Positions 1-12,300 of a DNA stretch of 64,000 nucleotides are shown here, piece by piece. The DNA is from Albugo candida. Lineage: Eukaryota. The translations under genes and the position numbers were made by a program. The stretch lies in contig JBDOQK010000019.1 in the NCBI GenBank assembly GCA_040437565.1, positions 434,001 to 498,000 of the forward strand. Reading direction: 5' to 3'. The notes under the pieces are model-generated. The model did not search any database and was not told where the DNA came from. It saw nothing but the letters and a program-made list of their open reading frames with translations. Each line of letters starts with the position of its first letter. The first letter of the stretch is position 1.

Positions 1-2305
1 CAGAACACTCTCGACAGCGACTGTCTGGCTTTCATCAGGATGTGTTTCTGATCCTCCACAGAAAATCGTACGTAACCGAAGCTGTCCTCCATTTACTGGA
101 TCAGTGATACAATACCACTTATCACTGACCGGATCTTGTGTTCGGCATAATTGTGCCAAAGAAACTCGCATCGAGCCAATGTTCCGATCCCCAGCGTCAA
201 AAGAGTTAGCTTCTACATCATAAGATACCGCAACTTTGCTTCTTTGCATCTCCTTCTCCATACTTTGATCGTGCCATTCTTCAGAAGATACGCGTTGATT
301 CGTTTCCATGCTATTCAGGCTACTTCCGCTGCAGCTTTGAGTGATATGACTACTGATACTATCACAGCTATTGCTGAGCAATTGCCCACTAACAGTAGCG
401 GCATTCCATCGCAATTCTTCACATCGTTTATTGCCATCAAAACAGCGAATAGCTCGCTCTCCTTTGCTCGAAAACATGTCGAAATAAAAACTGCATTCAT
501 TGAATAATTGCACACTAATGAAACCATCCATTGCTTCCTCGCAATTGAAATTCTCAATCTCAAAAATGTGTCGAAATTTGAACTTGATAAATTCTTGTCT
601 TGGAATTGAAATTGTGTCGGACCGAATGGGAAGACAGTTTGCGCAATCAAAACCGCTGCTTTCGTTCGATTTGTTGCAGTGAGAGTGTAATTGTACCACA
701 ACATACACATCCGTCATTGCGATTGGTAGCGGATATAAATCACGCACACTTTTGAGTTCCACAAATAAGCGGCGTTTACTGTACATACGATGGAGAAGGC
801 TACGTCAGGATTCGCATCAAGCCACTGAAAAAGCAGAATGAAAACCTCATAGCGGCCGATGAGCAATTGGATTCTTTGCCCTAATGTAATGTTCACAAAC
901 AATTCAATTATGATACATGCTGTGATTCTTCTTAAAGTCAAATTATGTACCGTACCTGAATCGAAAGTACGAATAGCACTTGCAGTAAATAGATCTAGTT
1001 TCTTGCGACACGGAGACATTGCTCATTTGGAAGACAGCAGAAGAGTAACGGCCACTGACCACTTACGATGTCGCAGTCAGCAGAGACCAGTTTGACTACG
1101 AGGTGGGTGGATCCATGTAAAGGCGTTAGAATTGGTATACCCTTTCTGATAACAGATATCAATGATATTTACAAATATAACTTGATTAGCATGCGCGTCG
1201 AACGAAATGCGGCGTTGTCGTACGCTTTTCTTGCTGATGCAGCTCTTTATTCAGTAATTGTCATTGCCAGCCTCGTTCAGCTAAGTCGAAATTGTTGGTA
1301 TTATCGTTCTCTCACCGTACAAAAGATGATACACTTTTTCATGTTTGTTGGATCATTAAGTGCGTTCATTGTCGATTTCAGCATATTGTTTACTGACCAT
1401 TCTATCTCCAGCTCGTACAATCTTCCTCGCATTCGTCGCTTTCGACTGGTGTGATGCTTTAACAGGAAAAATTCATCTTTCTTCGTGTTCTCATCTTGAA
1501 CGTGACACATTTTACATTCTCGATCAATTCCCTATTTTGATGTATGTTGTCATCTACACCATGCTGATCCAATTCTGGGCACAAGTGTATTATAATGCTA
1601 TCAACAACGCACAAAAGCTCCAATATCTCATTCGTCCCGCCCTCAATGTGTGGATACTGGTACGTTATTGACATTTAACGCATCAGCAAAACGCAAGTAA
1701 TCGCTGCTTGCGCTTGATACAGTGCATCATCATCGGACAAAGCATTCTTTGGATTCTTTATGCCACTTGTCTCCGGCGGGAACGTACGTCTCAATTGAGT
1801 TTATTTCTTTTCTCGAAAATGATGTACTCTTTTCACAGGCAATTTTGTCACTCAAAGCGAAGCACTACTCAATTTGTTTATGTTCTCAATAATTACCGCA
1901 GCTTTTGTGTACTTTGGAAGGAAAGCTTATTTGGAGCTCAGGTCTGGTTGTTGGTAGGAATCATAAGTCTTTGACTCTTAATGTTTGTAGATCGATTCCG
2001 ATTGAAATGAGTCTCCGCTCGAGGAAAATGAAAGAGGTGAGACCCGATACGTTTATTTTATGTTGGGTTTTGTCTCACATTCGTTTAGCTTATGGTTATG
2101 ACGATTGCCTGCACAAGTTGTTTTCTGACGAGGAGTGTCATACAGATCTTTATATCGGAAGAAACACATCAGCTGCATGATCGAGCAAGTTGGTTTATCA
2201 TAACGATGTACTACGGCGCGCTAGAGCTGATCCCTTCCATCACTACTCTGTATTACAATCGTCATATTCCCATGCAAAGTAGACGATTTCATCAAGATGC
2301 TGACA
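1..2305. repeat. Apparently identical copy of 3588-5892 (5' part of TBC gene plus most of TOM1-like gene); probable assembly overlap
   Basis: ORF translations are identical at offset 3587; the copy ends exactly at the 100-N gap 2306-2405. Confidence 0.9.
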
Positions 2306-2405
2306 NNNNNNNNNNNNNNNNNNNNNNNNNNNNNNNNNNNNNNNNNNNNNNNNNNNNNNNNNNNNNNNNNNNNNNNNNNNNNNNNNNNNNNNNNNNNNNN
2401 NNNNN

Positions 2406-4373
2406 TGCGAAGTGTTTCGATCACTTCTTTTGGGTAATGATCCGCTTCATTCAAAGCACCATACATGAACGCATCCGAATCCAAAGTGAGCCTTTCAGCT
2501 TCCTTGATGCAAAAAAGAGCGCGCTGAAACTCATTCACCTCTAAAAGTCTCGGTTGGATAAGTCGTAAATGATGGAGAATCACCGGGAAAACCACAAACG
2601 AGCCGTCTACAAGCAGCCAGTCGAGGATTCGATACACTGTTTTGCTTGGAAATGTGGTCGTGAACAGACATAGGAGCCACTACAGATCATTCGTTTTAGC
2701 TTTCGACTACACAAATCGGAGCAAACACATTCACCTGCGATCCGAGCAGTTCCAGCGGCAGATCCACATCTATACTGAAATCGTCTAGATCTGGCAAATG
2801 CTCCGCTACTAGATCTTTGAGCACCCGCATATCGGTTTGCGTGTCCACCATCGACGGTATGTAATAGCGAGGGAATATATCTTCACAAATAAGTGCCAGT
2901 AGCCAGAATATGGTTTCTTCTTCGAAATCCTGCAGCAAAAACGCCACAATAAAATTGAGTCCCTGCAGAAAAATGTCGTCAGTATTACGTCTGTCGCCCT
3001 CCAAATCGATGTGGACAAACTTGACAGTATCCAATTGCGACATTGCGTATCGAATACGCTTGCAATACTCTTCGCAAAGCAGCTTGACCCTTTTTCATAA
3101 ACTTTTTCGTGCTGAACGTTCTATTCACGTCTAGTTCAATCTGTCGGAAAGCAATAGAATCCAGCGTATCAACTTGCTCCAAAAGATTTTCATAATAGCC
3201 TGAGCACTCGGATGTTCGCTTTTGTTCTATGGAGAATGAATCAGTAAGCACCCACTAAATTGTAGTTGAGCAACAATTCTCACCTGTACAGGATGCATAC
3301 ACAGATGAACGCCAGTGCTTTGGAATACCGACATTTCGAGCCAAATCTCGAAATAATTTATTTTTCGGTTCTTTTAGCCTTCCTTGACGCCGCTTTTCAG
3401 TAAACTCATCGGGACACCCAAACGCTCTTTCCCAAATTCCACTGCGTTGTTCTTCGCGACATTCCACATACGAACGCAAGTGAAAATGCTTCCTTTCTTT
3501 GGCCTTGGACGTGTCCCGATCGCAATCGTTCATCGACTTTGGTTCATGCAGAATTCGATCAAAAATCTTTTCCCGTCCTGTTTTGTTCAGAACACTCTCG
3601 ACAGCGACTGTCTGGCTTTCATCAGGATGTGTTTCTGATCCTCCACAGAAAATCGTACGTAACCGAAGCTGTCCTCCATTTACTGGATCAGTGATACAAT
3701 ACCACTTATCACTGACCGGATCTTGTGTTCGGCATAATTGTGCCAAAGAAACTCGCATCGAGCCAATGTTCCGATCCCCAGCGTCAAAAGAGTTAGCTTC
3801 TACATCATAAGATACCGCAACTTTGCTTCTTTGCATCTCCTTCTCCATACTTTGATCGTGCCATTCTTCAGAAGATACGCGTTGATTCGTTTCCATGCTA
3901 TTCAGGCTACTTCCGCTGCAGCTTTGAGTGATATGACTACTGATACTATCACAGCTATTGCTGAGCAATTGCCCACTAACAGTAGCGGCATTCCATCGCA
4001 ATTCTTCACATCGTTTATTGCCATCAAAACAGCGAATAGCTCGCTCTCCTTTGCTCGAAAACATGTCGAAATAAAAACTGCATTCATTGAATAATTGCAC
4101 ACTAATGAAACCATCCATTGCTTCCTCGCAATTGAAATTCTCAATCTCAAAAATGTGTCGAAATTTGAACTTGATAAATTCTTGTCTTGGAATTGAAATT
4201 GTGTCGGACCGAATGGGAAGACAGTTTGCGCAATCAAAACCGCTGCTTTCGTTCGATTTGTTGCAGTGAGAGTGTAATTGTACCACAACATACACATCCG
4301 TCATTGCGATTGGTAGCGGATATAAATCACGCACACTTTTGAGTTCCACAAATAAGCGGCGTTTACTGTACAT
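2406..4373 (-). CDS. Rab-GTPase-activating TBC-domain protein with N-terminal C2-like domain (multi-exon, 3' end runs into gap)
   Basis: TBC motifs QIELDVNRTF (IxxDxxR), GYCQ|GLNFIVAFLL, WLLCLFTTTFP; C2-like strands LFVELKSVRDL, DVYVVVQL, IGSMRVSLAQL, GQLRLR. Confidence 0.88.
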
Positions 4374-4777
4374 ACGATGGAGAAGGCTACGTCAGGATTC
4401 GCATCAAGCCACTGAAAAAGCAGAATGAAAACCTCATAGCGGCCGATGAGCAATTGGATTCTTTGCCCTAATGTAATGTTCACAAACAATTCAATTATGA
4501 TACATGCTGTGATTCTTCTTAAAGTCAAATTATGTACCGTACCTGAATCGAAAGTACGAATAGCACTTGCAGTAAATAGATCTAGTTTCTTGCGACACGG
4601 AGACATTGCTCATTTGGAAGACAGCAGAAGAGTAACGGCCACTGACCACTTACGATGTCGCAGTCAGCAGAGACCAGTTTGACTACGAGGTGGGTGGATC
4701 CATGTAAAGGCGTTAGAATTGGTATACCCTTTCTGATAACAGATATCAATGATATTTACAAATATAACTTGATTAGC

Positions 4778-5984
4778 ATGCGCGTCGAACGAAATGCGGC
4801 GTTGTCGTACGCTTTTCTTGCTGATGCAGCTCTTTATTCAGTAATTGTCATTGCCAGCCTCGTTCAGCTAAGTCGAAATTGTTGGTATTATCGTTCTCTC
4901 ACCGTACAAAAGATGATACACTTTTTCATGTTTGTTGGATCATTAAGTGCGTTCATTGTCGATTTCAGCATATTGTTTACTGACCATTCTATCTCCAGCT
5001 CGTACAATCTTCCTCGCATTCGTCGCTTTCGACTGGTGTGATGCTTTAACAGGAAAAATTCATCTTTCTTCGTGTTCTCATCTTGAACGTGACACATTTT
5101 ACATTCTCGATCAATTCCCTATTTTGATGTATGTTGTCATCTACACCATGCTGATCCAATTCTGGGCACAAGTGTATTATAATGCTATCAACAACGCACA
5201 AAAGCTCCAATATCTCATTCGTCCCGCCCTCAATGTGTGGATACTGGTACGTTATTGACATTTAACGCATCAGCAAAACGCAAGTAATCGCTGCTTGCGC
5301 TTGATACAGTGCATCATCATCGGACAAAGCATTCTTTGGATTCTTTATGCCACTTGTCTCCGGCGGGAACGTACGTCTCAATTGAGTTTATTTCTTTTCT
5401 CGAAAATGATGTACTCTTTTCACAGGCAATTTTGTCACTCAAAGCGAAGCACTACTCAATTTGTTTATGTTCTCAATAATTACCGCAGCTTTTGTGTACT
5501 TTGGAAGGAAAGCTTATTTGGAGCTCAGGTCTGGTTGTTGGTAGGAATCATAAGTCTTTGACTCTTAATGTTTGTAGATCGATTCCGATTGAAATGAGTC
5601 TCCGCTCGAGGAAAATGAAAGAGGTGAGACCCGATACGTTTATTTTATGTTGGGTTTTGTCTCACATTCGTTTAGCTTATGGTTATGACGATTGCCTGCA
5701 CAAGTTGTTTTCTGACGAGGAGTGTCATACAGATCTTTATATCGGAAGAAACACATCAGCTGCATGATCGAGCAAGTTGGTTTATCATAACGATGTACTA
5801 CGGCGCGCTAGAGCTGATCCCTTCCATCACTACTCTGTATTACAATCGTCATATTCCCATGCAAAGTAGACGATTTCATCAAGATGCTGACACCATTCGA
5901 AGAAAAGGTCGACCGAATCAGAAGCTTGCCGAATCTCTCACGGAGACTTTGCTAGTCGATGGAGTCGAATCCAGTGAATTATAA
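4778..5984 (+). CDS. THH1/TOM1/TOM3-like (DUF1084) multipass membrane protein, multi-exon
   Basis: LTVQKMIHFF, FYILDQFPILMYVVIYTMLIQFWAQVYY, CTSCFLTR, YYGALELIPS match the family pattern; short GT-AG introns. Confidence 0.8.
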
Positions 5985-6029
5985 AGCAAAGGAATTGAGA
6001 TGCACATAGACAAAGCGCCAATGCTGAAG

Positions 6030-7779
6030 CTAGGATTCAACTTTTAGTTCTTGAGATACTTGAACCAGTGTTTCCAGCATGATATTATTCTCCTCAAATG
6101 TTCCGATGGTAGCACGCAAGCAATCCGATAAAAGATGTTGATTCCCACGATAACGAATGACTACACCTTTATCAGCCATACGCTTGTAGACTGCAAAAGC
6201 TGATGGAACCTGTTTTTTGGAAAGACAACACTTGAGTCACGCAGATTTCGGAAATGGCACTTTGGAGAGCATACCCGGAAAAGGACAAAGTTTGAGTCCG
6301 ATCGAAAAATCGTCTTGACAAAGCTCAATCCTCGCAGTTTTTCAACCACACGTCGTCGTTCCTATCGAATGCAGGAAGCTGGTTCAAGATACACGAGAGC
6401 CATTGATTCCGAGCATTTGAATGTACCGCAAGTATCTGCTGGATATTTCTTTGAAACTCATTCTGATTATCCAACGCCTTTAATGCGATCTGATAGGAGA
6501 CGTATGTGATGATCAACGCGGAATCAAGATTTCTTAGACGTACTTTTGCTGATAGTTTACTGATATTATATGGAGCTTTGACATTGTTCAGAATTTGGAT
6601 CAGTTTCGGGTTTGCAAAAGCACACCCAACGCGTATTCCAGCCAATCCAAATCCCTTGGAAAAGGTCTGCAGCACAACAAGACGCTCATAGTTGTTCACA
6701 AGCGTGCACAGACTCTTTGCATCAACGCTGAAATCAATGTAGGCTTCATCGACGACGACCAAACCATTGAATTTCTATCGATTCGGATCAGTGAAAATGC
6801 TTCGGTAAGATGTGTTGGTCTCACCGGTGCATTCAAAATGGCTTTAATGTTCTTCCACTCCAGCAAATTTGCTGTCGGATTACCAGGACTGCAAAGAAAT
6901 ATCAATTTGGTCCTTGCAGAGATTGCGCGTAGAATCTATATTTCATCACTTCAGATCGAATGTGATGTATCACTTTTTACGTACTTTGGTCACATCGAGG
7001 TGAAATGATGGCATGGCATCCTTCTACAATAACAAGCTCAGATCAATCTAGCAGCACGTGTCGAGCATACTCACATTCAGTCCGTGGGGATTTGTTTCTG
7101 GTGTATTCAGCTTCAACGGGACCGTGGCGATCTTCACATCATGAATATGCGCGCAAACAGAGTACATCCCATACGTCGCCGGCGTGATGAGAATCTCATC
7201 CTGACTTGGAGTACAGCAAATACGTATTAAAAGATCGATCGCCTCGTCACTTCCGACTCCGAGAAACACATTTTTTGGCTCAATACGATGACCAAAACTC
7301 GCGTCTTTATTTCTATATCAAATCAACTATCATTATGGAACGAATACAATAAATCAGCACCTGAAATGGGTAATGGCTTGCTTCAATTCCATTTGATACG
7401 GGCATGGATAGCGCTCCAAATGCTCATTCAGTAGCTCGATATCGGCGCTCGTAAGCGGTGGACCGAGTGAATTTTCGTTTGCGTCGAGAAGTATCCCTAA
7501 GAAAGTAAATGCATGCAGTTGTGTTGCTAGTGAAGCGTCATTCCCGTCCGCACCTTGATTGTAGTCATCCCGAGCGCATCGATACGGACTTAATGTCAAT
7601 ATATTTGGTCGAATGATTGATTCAATAGTGACTTTGTCGGATGATTGTAACATAGCGATTGCATATTTTCTCTTCAGCTGATGGAATTGTGCTGCAATGT
7701 ATCCCGCACCAAACGCAGTAATCGCTAACGCGCTGCCAAACCAAACATTATTATATCGGTCACTCATGAGGTGATGCAT
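6030..7779 (-). CDS. hisC: Histidinol-phosphate aminotransferase (multi-exon)
   Basis: PYRCARDD, LLDANEN, GVGSDEAID, FLCSPGNPT, VVVDEAYIDF, LQTFSKGFGLAGIRVG (PLP lysine), SNFVLF, LRATIGT. Confidence 0.95.
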
Positions 7780-7849
7780 AGAATTAATATATTCGATATG
7801 TTGTCGTCTATATTTGCAGATAATACAAGCAACAAGCCTAATATGGTAA

Positions 7850-9394
7850 TTGTAGTCAACCCTCGCTGTCGGATGCTAAATTGATGATCGCTGAACGCGC
7901 TGTCGCGGCTTCTGTGTTGTCTCCATCGGACCCGCTCATATCCGACATGGTCAGCGTCACAGAATCTTGTCGAAATGACTTGTTGTTTTCTATTTTGACT
8001 GCACAGCGTCTCTCAGAAAAGGCAGAATGTCATATTGAACTACGCAACGCACCCGATTCTGAATAACGATTCAATTCGTGATTTTTCTGATCGCGATTGC
8101 AGGCACCTATACAAACGGGTCTCAGCGTCATCATAAGCTCGTGAGTGAAATTCTGAACCGTTGTATAGTCGTTCGCGCTTCGCGCGTGTGTCGACGCGAT
8201 GATCCTCTCTATGATGCTTTTTATTTTCTCTTCGATAAGAATCTGGCGCAAAGTTGAGATACTTTGATATGGCTTGATAAAGCTGACTGTGTACCTCTTG
8301 AGTCATTGATGTGACGCCTGCTATTCCACGTTCTTGTACTTGGTTCTTGAGTGCTGAGAGGCACATTCATGGCGATATCATCGTCTCTTTGTAAACATTG
8401 CAAATGATCATCGAGCCAGATAATCATGGACGCAAGCTGCTGGAGATCTGCTGATACTGAATCGCGAAAGCCTAATGATAAAATAATGCTGGCTTTTTCG
8501 AACTATAGATATGGAAATGCATTCAGAGCTACCTCACCAACAACCCAGATTTCCTTCCGCAAAACGTTCTTCACGTGACACAATGAGTCGTAAAAGTCGC
8601 CATCACCTTGCACCCAAGTATCATCAAACAGCTTTTGACGGGTAAGGAGATCTAACAAACCGGCTAAAAGTATAAATCGATCGCAAATCTGCGCAAAGGC
8701 GTGAGAATGAAAAGCGTTGCGCATGAAGAAATAACAGACTTACGTTTTCATAAGCCAGTGACAGTAGCTTTGTGGCGATGCTGCATACAGAGCACGCATC
8801 AATGCAGCCAAGTCAATCGAATTCTTGTGACTTACCCGTTATCAACGCCTTTCTGAACAAACTGATTGAAGCGAAAATGACATCGCTTACAGCGACACGC
8901 ATAAGTTTTTGTTCCATAGACTTTCAACTGAAACTGTTCCAAAAACATTCACACTTCTCTTACAGCATACTTTTGCGGATAGAATGCAAACCTGTGGTCC
9001 ATGAGGAGGGGCTGATTTGATCATTGTGAAAAAAGAGGTTGTATATTGTCTTCGCTCATGGGTGAAATACCATCGCTCTGAACCACAACACGGAGTCATC
9101 AAATGATTGCGTGCGCTGTGCAGTACCTTTGATTTGCGCTTTGCTCTTTTCTTCAAGGAATCCACGCAATTTCAAATAATTCAATCCTCCTTTCTATAAA
9201 AGCTAATCGTTCGGTAGCAATTCATACAATGCTTTCATAAACACCACAAAACCTTTTGTCCATTGATTTCGGCATACGCGCCGTCTAAATGGCACATAAA
9301 TGGTCGAATTATTCCAATTATTAAGTATATGTATGCAAACATTGTTACCAATTATCAGAGCTGTCGCGACTTCCGTCTCAACTGATTCGGTCAT
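7850..9394 (-). CDS. Hypothetical multi-exon protein; boundaries approximate
   Basis: Series of short minus-strand ORFs (8040-8366, 8221-8427, 8503-8724, 9203-9394) separated by intron-like segments; no recognised domain. Confidence 0.45.
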
Positions 9395-9397
9395 TCG

Positions 9398-12300
9398 ATG
9401 AGTCTAAAGTTTGATGGCAATGGCGATCTCAATCTGTAGGCTCTTTCTTATTGGCTTACGGCTATAGAATGCACCAATCATAAGCGCATATATACTCTGT
9501 GCTAACCAACGATTGGTCTAAAAGAACCTTCTCGTGCACGGAAGCGCTTCAAGTCGCAATCCATGACATCCGCTATTTCAACGCTGCTGGAGCACGTTCC
9601 ATGGCACGAATATCACATCGGGTACGCAAAAACGGTGTACTAATGTCTCATATCATTACACGTATGTCACGCAGTGTCACCGATTGCGCAGAGCTTACAA
9701 TGAATGTAATCGCTAATTCACAGCTATCCGGTAACTTGAGTGTCGTATGGCAATTCTCAGTGCAAGAAGGCGAAATTCATTTTCAAACCACACGAAACGG
9801 AGTCAAAGAGAGCGATATATCGAGACACAGAATGCTGCATCCAAACGAGCAGAGCGATAACAAAGCATCTTCGTGGTGGACACGCTCAAAATCGTGTTCT
9901 TTGACAATTGCGCAATCGTTGGAATCTCTACAGACTTTTCATGAAGGGACTATCGAGCACGTGACTGCAGGAGACGCTGTTGTATTACGATGGGATACTT
10001 TCTTCTCCAAGATTGAGAGTCGGATTCGGGCACGCGCTTCAGTTGTCGAGAGAATGGGAAATAAGAGACTGGAAAGAAGCGACGAACATGAAGTAGTGCA
10101 CGAATACCGCCTTAAAACTCTTATGAGTGCAAAGCCTCTACCATACTTGATTGCAAAGGATTTGAAGCAAAGGCCGCATTTGGGTCAGACAAAAGCTTTA
10201 GAGAACCACCAGGAAGCACTGATACGGAATTTAGAACGCGCCGTCACCGATATGATTGCGATTTTCATGAACCAGCCTGATGTTCCTCTACATGAGGGTT
10301 CTGTGCGTGCGTTTATACTTTCATTAGAAGCCATTTTACTGGATGGCATTCAGGTAGCCATATCTGTTTCTCACTCGATATTCTCCTCAATGCCGATCGT
10401 TGACGTGCATAGAGTCATTTGATCCGAGACAGCTGGCCGGAAGCGTCATATTTGGTATTCTTGATGGAGACCAAGCATGTTTTACGCGATGATCGAGGGC
10501 TTGTTGAGGAAGTCGCACAAACGCAAGCATCAAAGAAAGCTTCATTTCTGGGTTGGACGATTGCGCGGTGTTTCCTCTTTGGAGCATTGAATAGGAACAT
10601 TTTGCATCACGCGATCGAGAATTTGATAAAGAGACGATCCATTATCGAAAGCTGTTACCGCCAGGACGCTTTACTGTATGAATATCGTCAAGCCAAACGC
10701 ATTGTGTCGCTTCTGAGCGCTTTGCATGGAACCAAATTCTCAGTCGATCCTCAGGTTGCGTCTTTGAATGATATCCGACTTCCATTCAATGTCTGTCAGT
10801 ACACTCCAGCTGATCTGACCAGCGATGACGACAATGTCCATTCCTTGAAGAGCGTTCATACTGATACTGCAAATGCTGTTGGCTATTGGCTCGCCAGTGC
10901 GTCAAATCCCAGCGATAGAAAATTCTCGTCACTGAGCGATTGCTCACTGCCCAAATACTTGCTGCATACTTTTGAATGGCAAGTAGCAGAGATCAGGTAC
11001 TTGGAGACTCAATCGCTTCCTTTCATTGATTTGTGGTCTCTTGACAGTCGAGGATCCTTGAAACGTATCCAAATATGTGATAATGTGTCAGTTGATTCGT
11101 CCTTTGTGGTGGTCGTACAATTCCAATTGCAAGCATTTGACATATTCCTTTCATTCAGTGCTCAGGACAGTCTCAAGGACCCAGGAGACGAGAATACCGC
11201 ACATTCCCGGCGAGAAGGATTGACAATTCCCATACAGACTTTTTCATCGACATTTGGGACGGAAGTAGTCTTTTACCCACAAGATCCATCACAGCTGAAA
11301 AACAGGGCTCTGCTCATGGAATTGGATAACTCGTTTTCTATGTTGCGATCGAAAAAAGCCCATTATCGATATGCGATTGTATCCCAGGATCAGTACGACG
11401 CCGCATGGATATCATGCATCGAAATGGCTCAGAGCATTTGCTGGAAACAGCAGAGTTTGCTTGGAGAACGACGATGTGCTAGCGTCCATACCACCCAAAG
11501 ACGTCAAGAAGAGGAATTAGTACGCGAACAACACCAAAGTAAAGAGGATCGAAGGATACTGGGAATGAATGCATCCTTCTTTACCAATTCAGTGTCGTAT
11601 CTTAAAGCTGGACTCTTGGATAGCGGCAAAGATACTGACGAGTGCGCGCTGTGCATGACAATCTTTTCGTATTTTGGCCGCCAATTTCCGTGTCCATCCT
11701 GTCATCAGATCGTCTGTGTTGAATGTTCTCGTCATCGAATGTCTCGAAATTCCGATCGAGTTTGTGATCGATGTTTTCTAAAGCATTTGGATCGAGTCGT
11801 TCGTATCTCTTCCATCTTTGACGTCCATCCATTCTCATGTTGTGATATTTAGAAATCGGACCGGCGTCAAGCAAAGGGTGCAGGTAATGCTACCTCCAAT
11901 GCTGAGTCTGCTGCTTTTGCAGCTCTGAGATCCGATCCAACTATGGAAAAATACTTTAAAATGCTAAGTGTTGGTGTGCCGCATACTGCCGTTGTCCAAA
12001 AAATGGTTCAAGATGAGGCAGAAGCAGAAAAAATCTCTCAATTCGCGGGAGGTCAATTGAACGTGAACGATACTCAGCGACCATTACGAAGACGACAAAA
12101 TAGGTGAGCGTTCTTCTCAAAAGCGTTTGACCAATATACTCACAATATCCTCCATTTCATAGCCATCCGGGATCATTTGGATTTGCTCGACCTCCAATTC
12201 AACTGAGAAAGATTCATTGGACGAGTCTGGAGACCAATCGAACCAAAAACACGATTTGGGAACGAGTGACAGAGAAAAAAAGACTGGCTCCAATAACTAT

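Noticed and set aside
6030-7779. Bacterial contamination or recent HGT of hisC
   Set aside because: The gene has several spliceosomal introns and sits among eukaryotic genes
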